This document shows, piece after piece, positions 33,493-43,820 of a stretch of 54,317 bases of DNA. This stretch comes from Candidatus Omnitrophota bacterium (GTDB lineage: Bacteria > Omnitrophota > Gorgyraeia > Gorgyraeales > Gorgyraeaceae), in the NCBI GenBank assembly GCA_043822665.1, contig JBDRBM010000016.1, positions 1-54,317 of the forward strand, read 5' to 3'. The position numbers and the translations under genes were made by a program. A model generated the notes under the pieces. That model was given only the letters and a program-made list of their open reading frames with translations, had not been told where the DNA came from and did not search any database. Position 1 is the first letter of the stretch, and each line of letters opens with the position of its first letter.

Positions 33493-35596
33493 AAGAAGAG
33501 ATATACTGTTCATAATCCTGATTATACTGATAGTATTTATAAGCTCGCTTGCTAATGATTTTGCATGGGACGACTATGACCTTGTAGTCAGCAACCCATT
33601 CATAAAAAGTTTTAGCTGGTTAAAGGAGATATTTACAAACCAGTTATATAAGGGCAATGAGAAAGAAAGCAATTTTTACAGGCCCTTACAGCTTTGCTCT
33701 TACATTCTCGATTATTCACTTTGGCAGTTGAATCCATTCGGCTATCATCTTACAAATTTGATACTCCACATGCTTAACTCTGTAATATTATATCTTCTTT
33801 TGATGGGCATCGGCCTTTCCCCTCAAATAGCGTTATTTACATGCCTTATTTTTGGCATAGCGCCCATGATATCAGGCATAACGTTTTACATATCTGCCAG
33901 GGCAGACCTGTTGGCTGTATTTTTTGGTTTTCTGTCAATGTTGTGCTTTATTAAATTTACAAAGGTTAATAGAAAAATATTCTATTTTTTGTCGCTTCTA
34001 TTTTTTGTATCTTCTCTGTTTTCAAAAGAGATGGCATTGACAGTGCCATTTTTATTGATGTTAATAGTCTCTTACTCAGATAGAGAAAAATGTTATGCGC
34101 GATTACGCATGACGTTGCCGTATTTTTTATTGATACTATTGTATGCGGCAATAAGGACGCGGGTTTTTTATCTTAGAGGAGACGATATCTTGCAACAGGC
34201 CTCTACGGCATTTGTCCCATTTTATGCCCGTATGATTACTGACATAGAAGTTGTGGCCAGATATTTGCGGCTTTTTTTTATACCATTCCCGCTTCACATG
34301 GACTGGCATATAAACCCCTCGTATTCGATTCTTAATATAAAAATATTCGCCTCAGTTGTGTTTCTGGCCGCCTTTTTTATGGCTTGCAGGAAATTGTACG
34401 ATAATAATAGGATGGTATTGTTCGGGCTGTCGTGGTTTTTCATAGCCATTGTGCCAGTACTCAATATATACCCTATTTCTGTATTTTTCGGAGAGGGTTG
34501 GCTGTATTTACCATCCGTAGGCATATTCATAATAGTAAGTATTTTTTTTATAGAGATTATAGGGCGCCGCTACGGAAAAATAGCCAGGAATGTCCTGTTT
34601 ATCCTGTTCTTGGCCTATTATTCGGTATTTACCATGTCTTATTCCATGGTGTGGAAAGATTCATCCTCGCTTTTTAATAATGTATTAAAATACGAAAAAA
34701 ACAGCCCCTATCTTTTTTTGACGTGGAATAATCTGGCCATGTCATATTACACCAAGAAGGATTATGAATCTGCGCTGGAATGCTGTAAAAAAAGCATATC
34801 CCTGAACCCGCGGTATAAAAAGGCATACAACAAGATGGGCATTGCGTATACAGCTTTAAAAAAATACGCCAGCGCGATAATGTGTTTTAAAAAGGCCTTA
34901 AAGTTAGATATAAATTATGCCCAAGCATATAACAATCTGAGCCGTGCCTATGTAGACATTGGTTTAAACGAAAAGGCGCTCGCGACTATAAAAAAACTCC
35001 TCGCCATCGATCCCGATTATTACCCGGCCTATTACACCCTTGGCTTTATTTACGGAAAAAAAGGGGATACGGAAAATGCTGTCAAGGCCTTTAAAGAGGT
35101 AAAGGCCCTACGGCCGTACCGTTACGAACCGTATTTATGTTTGGGGAATATATACAGAGAACAGGGCAGGTTTAAAGATGCATTGCAGGAATACGAAAAG
35201 GTCATGCCTTTGATAACTGTAGGTTATGAGTTTTACAATGACTTAGCTTTTCTTTATATAAAAAATAAAAGGTTCAGCGACGGTGAAAATGTATTGAGAC
35301 AATCTCTTAAACTTAATAGACAGCAAGGCGAGGTATATAACAATTTAGGCAATATATATTCATATTTCAATAAGCCTGTCATGGCAGTGGAGAGCTACTG
35401 CATGGCAATATCGATAGAGCCGGCTAATTTGAATTTTAGGCATAACCTAGTCTGCGCTTATCAGGAATTTTATAAAAAGACCATGGATGATGAATATCTT
35501 AGGTGTCAAAAAAGGGAATGGAAGAATATCCTGAAGACAGACCCTTGTTTTAGGAAAAGGGCCGATGATGCGGACAGCGAAAGGACTGGCTTGTGA
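33479..35596 (+). CDS. TMTC-like GT-C protein O-mannosyltransferase-like protein with TPR domain
   Basis: 705 aa. First-loop motif NDFAWDDYDLV and NFYRPLQ as in TMTC-type enzymes, polytopic N-half, about 8 TPR repeats in the C-half. Confidence 0.65.
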   Translation: MQMNKRRDILFIILIILIVFISSLANDFAWDDYDLVVSNPFIKSFSWLKEIFTNQLYKGNEKESNFYRPLQLCSYILDYSLWQLNPFGYHLTNLILHMLNSVILYLLLMGIGLSPQIALFTCLIFGIAPMISGITFYISARADLLAVFFGFLSMLCFIKFTKVNRKIFYFLSLLFFVSSLFSKEMALTVPFLLMLIVSYSDREKCYARLRMTLPYFLLILLYAAIRTRVFYLRGDDILQQASTAFVPFYARMITDIEVVARYLRLFFIPFPLHMDWHINPSYSILNIKIFASVVFLAAFFMACRKLYDNNRMVLFGLSWFFIAIVPVLNIYPISVFFGEGWLYLPSVGIFIIVSIFFIEIIGRRYGKIARNVLFILFLAYYSVFTMSYSMVWKDSSSLFNNVLKYEKNSPYLFLTWNNLAMSYYTKKDYESALECCKKSISLNPRYKKAYNKMGIAYTALKKYASAIMCFKKALKLDINYAQAYNNLSRAYVDIGLNEKALATIKKLLAIDPDYYPAYYTLGFIYGKKGDTENAVKAFKEVKALRPYRYEPYLCLGNIYREQGRFKDALQEYEKVMPLITVGYEFYNDLAFLYIKNKRFSDGENVLRQSLKLNRQQGEVYNNLGNIYSYFNKPVMAVESYCMAISIEPANLNFRHNLVCAYQEFYKKTMDDEYLRCQKREWKNILKTDPCFRKRADDADSERTGL

Positions 35597-36567
35597 GTGT
35601 TCCTTTTGTTTCTATTGTTATCCCGGCTTTTAATGCCGGGCATACTATAAGCCATGCTATAGCAGCCTGCTTAGAGCAGGAATATCCTAAGGACCGGATA
35701 GAGATAATAATAGTCGATGATGGTTCAAAAGATGATACAAGGGAAGCTGTAGGACGGTTTCCAGTCAGATATATATCTCAGGACAAGAAAGGCCCTGCCT
35801 TTGCCAGGAATAATGGCTGGAGAAATTCAAGGGGCGAGGTCGTGTGTTTTACGGACGCGGACTGTGCGCCATATAGGGACTGGGTTTCCAAATTGGTGCA
35901 GCACTGTGATAAAAAAGGAGTAGCAGCTGTGGCAGGGAGTTATGCTGTTGACAGCTCTCGGTATCTTTTGGATAAATTTGTGCATTTTGAGATACGCTAC
36001 AGACATTTTATGATGCCAGAGTACATAAATTCGTTCGGCACATACAATGTTTTAATAAAACGCAGCGTACTTGAGGAGCTAAGCGGTTTTGACCCTGGAT
36101 ACTCCCATGCCAGCGGCGAAGACAGCGATCTATCTTATCGCGTAATAAAAAAAGGTTACAGGATATATTTTGAAAAGAGCGCCCTTACAGGCCATAACAA
36201 TATTCTGAGATTTTGGAAGTATATTATGATTCAATTCAAGCATGGCTACTGGAGGCTGAAGATTTACAAGAAAAACCGCTCCATGATAACAAAAGACGAT
36301 TACGGTTATTGGAAGGATTTCGCAGAAGTTTTTTTGGTTTTGTCCCTAGGGTTATTTTTATTACTAGGAGGCTTTGAAAAAGGATTAGTGGCGGGGGCTT
36401 TGGCCGTAGCGTTATATATTATTCAATTACCGCTTGCTTTCAGGATATCTTTTAGAGAGCGGGATTTTCGTTATATGGCATTTTCTTTTGTTACGTTTAT
36501 ACGGGCTTTTGTGCGCATCGCGGGAGGTATGCTTGGGTTTATCAGATTCTGGATTATCGGAAAATAG
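35593..36567 (+). CDS. family 2 glycosyltransferase
   Basis: VSIVIPAFN...IIIVDDGSKDDT, DAD motif (FTDADC) and GEDSDL. C-terminal TM segments. Confidence 0.85.
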   Translation: MSVPFVSIVIPAFNAGHTISHAIAACLEQEYPKDRIEIIIVDDGSKDDTREAVGRFPVRYISQDKKGPAFARNNGWRNSRGEVVCFTDADCAPYRDWVSKLVQHCDKKGVAAVAGSYAVDSSRYLLDKFVHFEIRYRHFMMPEYINSFGTYNVLIKRSVLEELSGFDPGYSHASGEDSDLSYRVIKKGYRIYFEKSALTGHNNILRFWKYIMIQFKHGYWRLKIYKKNRSMITKDDYGYWKDFAEVFLVLSLGLFLLLGGFEKGLVAGALAVALYIIQLPLAFRISFRERDFRYMAFSFVTFIRAFVRIAGGMLGFIRFWIIGK

Positions 36568-37198
36568 CGCGGATGAACAGTGGGACCTTTTCTGGGAAAA
36601 GAGAGATAAGCCGGTTTATTCCTGGGCAAAGAGGCGCATGATAAATATTTTAGGACAATATGTAAGGCCTGGTATGCGCGTTCTTGATGCGGGGAGCGGG
36701 ACAGGTTTTTTTTCGTCTTATTTTATAGCCTGCGGATGTGACGTGTCTTCGGTAGATTATTCAGAAAAGGCGTTGTCTATTACGAGGCATGTCACAAAAG
36801 GCAAGGCAAGGGCATATATCAAGGCCGATCTTTTAAAAAAGGCGCTGGATACAAAGTTTGATATTATTTTTAGCGACGGCCTGTTAGAGCATTATTCACA
36901 GAATAAGCAGGATAGGATTGTTTTGAACATGAAGGCAATGAAAAAAGATAAAGGGTATTTAATAAATTTTGTGCCTAACAAGCGCTCTTTGTGGTCAGTT
37001 GTAAGGCCTTTTTACATGAATATCAAAGAGCAGCCATTTACTATTGGAGATTTTACCAGGATTCATTTGAGAAATGGCCTAAGCATAGTTTTAATCGGAG
37101 GCATAAACGTATTGCCATTTCGGGTTTCGCCAGAGCGGCTCCTGGGCAGGCAATTCGGCATGCTCTTTTACTGCATAGCTGGAGAGAGAGTGATATGA
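36533..37198 (+). CDS. class I SAM-dependent methyltransferase
   Basis: VLDAGSGTGFF motif I. The proposed TTG start at 36533 lies 5 nt after SD gggagg. The ORF track starts at 36434, and an ATG at 36638 is also possible. Confidence 0.7.
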   Translation: MGLSDSGLSENSADEQWDLFWEKRDKPVYSWAKRRMINILGQYVRPGMRVLDAGSGTGFFSSYFIACGCDVSSVDYSEKALSITRHVTKGKARAYIKADLLKKALDTKFDIIFSDGLLEHYSQNKQDRIVLNMKAMKKDKGYLINFVPNKRSLWSVVRPFYMNIKEQPFTIGDFTRIHLRNGLSIVLIGGINVLPFRVSPERLLGRQFGMLFYCIAGERVI

Positions 37199-38643
37199 GG
37201 TTATTGTTCTTAAATCCGTCGTATGGGAAAGGGTTTTGCAAGACCGCGAGATGGTTTGCAAAGTCTAGGGCGCGAGAGCAGCGTCATCCGGATTATCTCT
37301 GCACGGCAATAGCTGTGCTTGAAAGAGAAGGCCATATCTGTAAATTTATCGATGGCGCGGCCAGAAACATTTCCAAGGAAGAGACCCGCGGTATTCTTAA
37401 AGAATTTAACGCAGACGCTGTTATTATTAATTCTACCACGCCTTCTATATATTCTGACCTTGATTACGCAAGGATGTGCAAAGGAGAGACCGCGGGCAGG
37501 GTTTTTACAATAATGGTTGGGCCGCATGTGAGCGCTGAGCCAGATGATACTTTAAAAAAAGGAAGGGCTTTTTTAGACGCTGTAGCAAGGCGAGAGTATG
37601 ATTATACATTAAAGGAATTTGCTGATTCAGGCAGTCTTACGGATTTAAGAGGCATATCGTATCTTAAGGACGGCCAGGTAATCCATAACCCTGATAGGCC
37701 ATTTATCGAAGATCTGGATAAATTACCTTTTCCCGCATGGCATCATATAGACACAGGAGATTATTACGCTCCGGCCAAAAGAAACCCTTTCCTTACTATT
37801 ATTACAGGCCGTGGCTGTGAGGGCAGGTGCAGTTTTTGCCTTATGCCTCAGGTGATGTATGGAAGGTCTTATAGGGCAAGGAGTCCGAAAAATGTATTGG
37901 ATGAGTTAAAGAGCAATATAAGACTTTTCCCCTCATTAAGAGAGATCATGTTCGAAGATGACACGCTTACTCTAGGAAAATACCGCGAGAGACTGGAAAG
38001 AATATGCCAGGGTATGATAGACGGAAGAATAAGGATCTCATGGGCATGTAACGCAAGGCCCGATATACTTGATATCTCGCTTTTAAGGCTGATGAAAAAA
38101 TCAGGATGCAGGATGATGTGTGTTGGTTTTGAGTCAGGGGATGAAGGGATGTTGGCGGCTATCAAAAAAGGGATCTCTACTGATACCATGAAAAAGTTTG
38201 CCTGGCTTTGCAGGCAGGCCGGGATATCAGTGCACGGATGTTTTGTCATCGGGGCACCAGGAGAGACAAGAGATTCTATAAAGAATACAACAAGGTTTGC
38301 CGCGAGCCTGCCTATTGATACACTCCAGTTCAGCGGCCTCTGCCCTTATCCGGGCACAGAGCATTACTCCTGGTGCAAGAGCAATAATTACATTATTGCT
38401 AAAGACTGGCACGAATGGGTAGACCCGAGCGGAGAACAAAGGACTATAGTGAATTTTCCAGGGCTCTCATGCGAAGACATGAACAGGGCCATAGACAAGT
38501 CTCTTTGCGGCTTTTACCTTAGGCCGGGTTATATAATTTCCCAGGCATTCAAGCCGAAATCATTTCATGACATTAGAGCAAGAATAAAAGGCCTGCTGAA
38601 TTTCGGCAGGTATTACTTTCAAAAGACAGGATGTAGGATGTGA
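37195..38643 (+). CDS. B12-binding-domain radical SAM protein
   Basis: The ATG at 37195 (ATGA overlap) gives MRLLFLNPSY..., a cobalamin-binding-like N-domain, then the GRGCEGRCSFC CxxxCxxC cluster. Confidence 0.8.
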   Translation: MRLLFLNPSYGKGFCKTARWFAKSRAREQRHPDYLCTAIAVLEREGHICKFIDGAARNISKEETRGILKEFNADAVIINSTTPSIYSDLDYARMCKGETAGRVFTIMVGPHVSAEPDDTLKKGRAFLDAVARREYDYTLKEFADSGSLTDLRGISYLKDGQVIHNPDRPFIEDLDKLPFPAWHHIDTGDYYAPAKRNPFLTIITGRGCEGRCSFCLMPQVMYGRSYRARSPKNVLDELKSNIRLFPSLREIMFEDDTLTLGKYRERLERICQGMIDGRIRISWACNARPDILDISLLRLMKKSGCRMMCVGFESGDEGMLAAIKKGISTDTMKKFAWLCRQAGISVHGCFVIGAPGETRDSIKNTTRFAASLPIDTLQFSGLCPYPGTEHYSWCKSNNYIIAKDWHEWVDPSGEQRTIVNFPGLSCEDMNRAIDKSLCGFYLRPGYIISQAFKPKSFHDIRARIKGLLNFGRYYFQKTGCRM

Positions 38644-39857
38644 ATATCAATCTTGCGAGAAAGATAGATTTCTGGGCTGGGATACCAATTTGCTTTATTT
38701 TTTCTATCCTGAACCGTATAGGAAAAATTATTTTTCCGCGCAGAAAAAAAAGACATTTTCCGAAAAATATAGTTTTTATAGAACTCTCGGAAATGGGAAG
38801 CGCTATACTCTCGTATTCAGCGATTATGAAGACGAAAGAAATGTTTCCGCGGGTGCGCATCTATTTCTGGATATTTAAAAGAAATATAGATGGCGTTCGG
38901 GCCCTGGGTGTTATAGAGGAACGCGATATTTTAACAATCAGGGATAATAACCTGTTTGTTTTAATAAAAGATACCATAGGGTGTTTGACGAGGCTGTGGC
39001 GCGAGGCAGTGGACATAACCATAGATATGGAGCTTTTTTCAAGGTTCAGCGCGATATTGGCGTATCTGAGCGGAGCGCGGACAAAGGCAGGATTCCACCA
39101 GTTTTTCCAGGAGGGGCTTTACAGGGGCGATCTTCACGATCTAAAGGTGTATTATAACGCGCGCCTGCACATAAGCGTTAACTTTATAAGCCTGGTGGAA
39201 TGCCTAACGGATCAGAAAAGTGTCAGACCATTACTTAAAAAAGATTTAAGAGGGTTAAAACCAATTCTCCCTGAAATAAAACTTGACGCAAACGCAATGG
39301 GCAGGATGCGGCGCAGCCTCGCGAAAGCAAAAGGCGGATTGCAAGAAGGCAAAAAACTGGTAGTATTAAATCCGCTTAAGGGAAAGCTGTTGCCTATAAG
39401 GGCATGGCCGATAGATAGATATGTGTCCCTTGCTAAGAGATTGCTGGAAGACAGCAATGTTTTTATAGTAACCATAGGGCTTAAGCCTGAAAGAGAAGAG
39501 ATCTCGGCTTTATCCGGCATTACGACTCACGAGAGATATCTGGACCTTACAGGAAAGACTACATTTGCCGAACTCCTGAACCTGTTTTTCATTTCAGATT
39601 TATTTATAACCCACGACAGTGGTCCTGTGCATTTTGCCGCGTTGGCCAATATCAACATGATAGTGCTTTTCGGCCCTGAGACACCTGTCTGTTACGCGCC
39701 TCTTTCAAAAAAGGCAAAGGTCTTTTATGCAGACTTTGCCTGCAGCCCGTGCCTGTCTGCATTTAATCACCGCCGTTCGCCATGTAATCATAATCAATGC
39801 CTTCTGGCAATCAGTGTGGACAGTGTTTACGAGGCTGCCAGAGAGTTTCTCGGTTGA
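38640..39857 (+). CDS. family 9 glycosyltransferase (heptosyltransferase-like)
   Basis: 405 aa. The C-terminal motif LFITHDSGPVHFAALANINMIVLFGP is typical of GT9. Confidence 0.8.
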   Translation: MNINLARKIDFWAGIPICFIFSILNRIGKIIFPRRKKRHFPKNIVFIELSEMGSAILSYSAIMKTKEMFPRVRIYFWIFKRNIDGVRALGVIEERDILTIRDNNLFVLIKDTIGCLTRLWREAVDITIDMELFSRFSAILAYLSGARTKAGFHQFFQEGLYRGDLHDLKVYYNARLHISVNFISLVECLTDQKSVRPLLKKDLRGLKPILPEIKLDANAMGRMRRSLAKAKGGLQEGKKLVVLNPLKGKLLPIRAWPIDRYVSLAKRLLEDSNVFIVTIGLKPEREEISALSGITTHERYLDLTGKTTFAELLNLFFISDLFITHDSGPVHFAALANINMIVLFGPETPVCYAPLSKKAKVFYADFACSPCLSAFNHRRSPCNHNQCLLAISVDSVYEAAREFLG

Positions 39858-39861
39858 ATAT

Positions 39862-41820
39862 ATGAAAAATATACTAATATCCCTGATATTTCTGGTGCTG
39901 GTGCTTTTGTTGATCCATCCCGTAGACAATAACGACGTGTGGATGCATCTAAAAAGCGGGGAACTCATGGCAAAGGATATGCGGGTCATGAGCACAGACA
40001 AGTTTTCTTATACCATAGAAGGCAGGCCGTGGCTCAATCACCAGTGGCTGTCGCAGATGATATTTTACTTTTTTTACAGTAAACTTGGCCTCAATAGCCT
40101 GATATTTTTACAGCTTGCGCTGATCCTGCTTGCATTCATGATGATGTTTAAAAATGCGTATAACGGCAGGAACTGGCTTTTGTATGTTTTTCTGACGCTA
40201 CTGATTATATTATTTTCCCAGGAAGGATTCCTGGTCAGGCCTCTTGTGTTTTCAGCCTTTCTCTTCTCAGTGTTTGTGTTTATGCTGGATGGGTATAAAT
40301 ACGGCCGGACGCCCGAAAAAGAAAAGTGGCTGTATGTTTTGATCCCACTCCAGGTATTATGGGTAAACCTGCACGGCGCGGCGATCACAGGGATATTTCT
40401 TATATGGGCTTATATCCTGGGCGAATTCATAGACAGGCGTTTAAGGGAATTCCGCGACAATACGAGCGTGAATAATAAAAAATACAAAAGGTTGTTATTT
40501 GTGGGAATAGCTGTTCTTATCTCCGCCGGAATCACGCCATACGGATATAATGCTATCCTTTTTCCCATAAGGGAGTTGAACCAGATGTATTTTATCAGGG
40601 AGTGGCTTCCCAGCGTTGACAGGGATATGCTTCTTAATAGCGGCGACATGCCTTATTACCGGCTTTTCCTTTTGATAAGCTTTTTTGTGTTTGTGTTCAG
40701 GGGGAGATTTATCCCATCGGCGCATATTATAATATTCGCCGTATTCCTGTATCTCTCGCTAAGTTCGCGCAGGCATCTTTTATTCTACGGCATCGCGATT
40801 GCACCCTGCATCGTAAGATATTCTGAAGGCATGGGGTTAAAGATTATCACCGAGGGCGCTAAGAAGATACTGGTCAAGACCATGGCGGTTTTTCTGTGCG
40901 TATACATGGTTTTGCTATGCTCTGATATATTTTCAGGCAGGCATTATGTAAGGGCGCATAACAATCTCAGGGTCGGCATGGGCAAGGTGGTTTTTCCCGA
41001 CGACGCAATTGATTTTGTTATCAGTTCCGGGATAAAAGGCAACATGTTTAACGATTACGGGAGTGGGTGCTACCTTATATGGAGGCTGTACCCGCATAAA
41101 AAGGTCTTTTTGGATGGCAGAAATACGATTTACGGTGTGAATTTTATAAGAGAACAATACATAGCCCCGTTAAATGACTTCAGGTTGTTCGAGAGGATAG
41201 TAGAGAAGTACGGAATAAATTTTGTTTTCCTGGATTTTTCCCTGAGCATGGGCAACCTCACGCGTTTTATACCGTATTTATATTATAGCGACAGATGGGA
41301 ACTTGTGTTCTTTGACAGCAAGGTATGCGTATTTGTAAGGAATGACGAAATAAACCGGGATTTAATAAACAGTCACAGTATAGACCTGGAAAAGAAAGAG
41401 GTCTATTTAGAAATTGATAGAAGCGGCTACAAAGGCACTGTCCTAAGGGACTACATAAACAGGGCCTCTTTTTACGGGACCATAGGGCTCGTGGATATAG
41501 CGATTGATATACTGGAGGATGCCCGTTATTCCAGGATTACAGGAGGGGATCTTTTTTACAATCTCGGCACATTATATCTAAAAAAGGAAAAATGGAGTGA
41601 TGCCACGATTGAGTTTACGCTGGCAATAGACGAGGAAAGGAACGACGTAGACGCCTATAATAATCTGGGGATATCCTATGCGAATCAGGGACAATATGAA
41701 AAGGCGATAGCCGCTTTTAGAAAGGCGTTGATGCTGAACCCATTTCACAAGATAGCGAGAAAAAACATGAAGATAGCCGTGGGCCAGCTTGAGGCGGCCG
41801 CGAAAGGCCGGTTTAAATGA
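39862..41820 (+). CDS. polytopic membrane protein (GT-C-like) with C-terminal TPR, paralog of 6957-8957
   Basis: The ATG at 39862 gives MKNILISLIFLVL.... Motif NNDVWMHLKSGE...FSYT.EGRPWLNHQWLSQ is shared with 6957-8957. C-terminal TPRs. Confidence 0.6.
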   Translation: MKNILISLIFLVLVLLLIHPVDNNDVWMHLKSGELMAKDMRVMSTDKFSYTIEGRPWLNHQWLSQMIFYFFYSKLGLNSLIFLQLALILLAFMMMFKNAYNGRNWLLYVFLTLLIILFSQEGFLVRPLVFSAFLFSVFVFMLDGYKYGRTPEKEKWLYVLIPLQVLWVNLHGAAITGIFLIWAYILGEFIDRRLREFRDNTSVNNKKYKRLLFVGIAVLISAGITPYGYNAILFPIRELNQMYFIREWLPSVDRDMLLNSGDMPYYRLFLLISFFVFVFRGRFIPSAHIIIFAVFLYLSLSSRRHLLFYGIAIAPCIVRYSEGMGLKIITEGAKKILVKTMAVFLCVYMVLLCSDIFSGRHYVRAHNNLRVGMGKVVFPDDAIDFVISSGIKGNMFNDYGSGCYLIWRLYPHKKVFLDGRNTIYGVNFIREQYIAPLNDFRLFERIVEKYGINFVFLDFSLSMGNLTRFIPYLYYSDRWELVFFDSKVCVFVRNDEINRDLINSHSIDLEKKEVYLEIDRSGYKGTVLRDYINRASFYGTIGLVDIAIDILEDARYSRITGGDLFYNLGTLYLKKEKWSDATIEFTLAIDEERNDVDAYNNLGISYANQGQYEKAIAAFRKALMLNPFHKIARKNMKIAVGQLEAAAKGRFK

Positions 41821-41964
41821 CCAAAAGAATAAAAGTATTCTGGGTAATTCTTCTGGCATCCTGTCTTGCCGCTGCCAGGTTTTTATACCTGGGCTTCACG
41901 AGGACGAGGCCCTCAAAAGTGAACCCGTGCGGCTTAATAATCACGATATATACCTTATAGAAAA

Positions 41965-43233
41965 ATGAAGACATTCTTTATAAAGACACTTGGTTGCAAG
42001 GTAAACCAGTACGAGTCCCAGATTATACGTGAGGATCTTTCAAGAAGCGGGTTCACGGAGGTATCCGGGCTTGATGAGGCGGATATATGTGTGGTTAATA
42101 CCTGCACCGTGACTTCAATAAGCGACTCAAAATCAGTTAGGGCGATTAGAAGGGCCCTGAATGAACAAAAATGCGTTATCGCAACAGGGTGCATGGTGGA
42201 AGATGGCCAGTTTGATTTGTCTAAGCTCAAAGGTGTGCGATATATTATTAAGAATAAAGATAAGCATCGCATAGCGAATGTTATTAATCCAGCGTCCGGG
42301 ATTTATCCTTCAGGTTCCAGCCCAAGCATTAGCGGATTCAAAGGCCACACTAGGGTATTTGTAAAGGTCCAGGACGGGTGTAATAATACCTGTTCGTACT
42401 GCAAGGTAAAGGTTGTAAGAGGAAGGTCAATAAGCAGGCCTGTTGAAAATGTAGTGGATGAATGTTTACAACTTATAACAAAAGGAGTTAAAGAAATAGT
42501 TTTAACCGGTATATGCCTTGGCGCCTATGGAAAGGATATAAAAAATGGCATGAATCTCTCAAAATTAATCAAGGTGCTATGCGATATTAATGGAGATTGG
42601 CGATTAAGGTTAAGTTCCATAGAGCCAAAAGACATCGATAATGATTTAATAAATCAGCTTGAGTCGCAGAGGAGGCTTTGTAAACACCTGCATCTCCCGT
42701 TCCAGAGCGGCGACAATTGTATATTAAAGATGATGAAACGGCCATATAAGGCAAAAGATTACATCGGTGTTGTTAATAACCTAAGAGGCGCTGTTCCTGA
42801 TATAGCTATAAGCACAGACGTGATGGTAGGATTTCCTGGTGAGACAGAAAAGAGGTTTGAGAACACCGTGGATTTTATAGAAACAGTGCGGCCCATGCGC
42901 ATGCATATATTCCCTTTTTCAAAAAGAAAGGGCACGGAGGCATATGACTATAGGGATGATGTGACTTTGGATGTAAAAAGAAAGAGAGAAAAAAAGCTGT
43001 TTTTAATTGCGGCGGCATTATCCACTGAGTTTCTTGATAAATTTATAGATAAAGAAGTAGAGGTGCTGGTAGAGAGCAGGAGGGCGCAGGACGGTAATCT
43101 GCAGGGGTATACTGATAGATATATAAAGGTATATATAGATGGGCCTGACAATTTAAAAGACAGGCTTATTAGTAGCCAGCTTACCTTGACAAATTCAAAA
43201 GCGTATGGTATACTTCACCCATATCTAATTTAG
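41965..43233 (+). CDS. mtaB: tRNA threonylcarbamoyladenosine methylthiotransferase MtaB-like (MiaB family radical SAM)
   Basis: MKTFFIKTLGCKVNQYES N-terminus, radical SAM CNNTCSYC, C-terminal TRAM-like domain. Confidence 0.75.
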   Translation: MKTFFIKTLGCKVNQYESQIIREDLSRSGFTEVSGLDEADICVVNTCTVTSISDSKSVRAIRRALNEQKCVIATGCMVEDGQFDLSKLKGVRYIIKNKDKHRIANVINPASGIYPSGSSPSISGFKGHTRVFVKVQDGCNNTCSYCKVKVVRGRSISRPVENVVDECLQLITKGVKEIVLTGICLGAYGKDIKNGMNLSKLIKVLCDINGDWRLRLSSIEPKDIDNDLINQLESQRRLCKHLHLPFQSGDNCILKMMKRPYKAKDYIGVVNNLRGAVPDIAISTDVMVGFPGETEKRFENTVDFIETVRPMRMHIFPFSKRKGTEAYDYRDDVTLDVKRKREKKLFLIAAALSTEFLDKFIDKEVEVLVESRRAQDGNLQGYTDRYIKVYIDGPDNLKDRLISSQLTLTNSKAYGILHPYLI

Positions 43234-43249
43234 TTCCTCGTTTTAATTT

Positions 43250-43789
43250 ATGTCTCTTACAAAATTTGGTTGGGTTGATATCCTTTTTATAACCCTTTTA
43301 ATTAGAATAGGTTACATAGGGTTTAAAAATGGCCTTTTGTCTGAGTTTTTCAGGCTAACAGGTCTTTTTAGCGCATTTATCTTTTCTTTTAATAATTACG
43401 CTTTAGCAGGTAGTTTTCTATCAGATCGCATCAAGTGGAATGGCGCAAGTCTAGACATCATCTCGTTTATAGTTATATTTTTAGCCATAATTCTAATATT
43501 TAAATTGATTGCCACAGCGGCTAATTTATTGTCAAATCGTGAAAACGCTTCCTTTTCCAACAAGATAATAGGTTTGGCCTTTGGTTTTTGCCGCGGGGTA
43601 TTATTGATAAGCCTGATATATGTGTTATTTATTAATAGCCATGTGGAGTATTTATCTAGAAGCGCCAGAGAAAAGTCGATGTTAAGCCAATATGTCACAG
43701 ACGTTGCTCCGGCCGCATACGATATTGGGATTAATTTATATCCTTGGACTAAGATAGATACACCGTTGGTAAAACTATTGAGAAAATAA
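43250..43789 (+). CDS. cvpA: CvpA family membrane protein
   Basis: 179 aa, 4 TM helices. N-terminus W.D.....L.....GF.NGL matches the CvpA pattern. Confidence 0.7.
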   Translation: MSLTKFGWVDILFITLLIRIGYIGFKNGLLSEFFRLTGLFSAFIFSFNNYALAGSFLSDRIKWNGASLDIISFIVIFLAIILIFKLIATAANLLSNRENASFSNKIIGLAFGFCRGVLLISLIYVLFINSHVEYLSRSAREKSMLSQYVTDVAPAAYDIGINLYPWTKIDTPLVKLLRK

Positions 43790-43820
43790 TCCGGCTGGAA
43801 GATTGAAACAGGAGGAATGG

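Noticed and set aside
36434-36532. N-terminal extensions given by the ORF track (e.g. 36434, 36991, 39727, 18011, 18354, 49357)
   Set aside because: These extensions overlap the preceding genes by 100-200 nt and lack an SD. Internal starts with good SDs give proteins that begin at conserved N-termini.
41817-41960. 47-codon ORF (MTKRIKVFWVILLASCLAAARFLYLGF...) filling the gap before mtaB
   Set aside because: It has an ATGA overlap with the upstream gene and a hydrophobic N-terminus, so it could be real. With no SD, no motif and no way to test conservation here, it is not reported as a feature.
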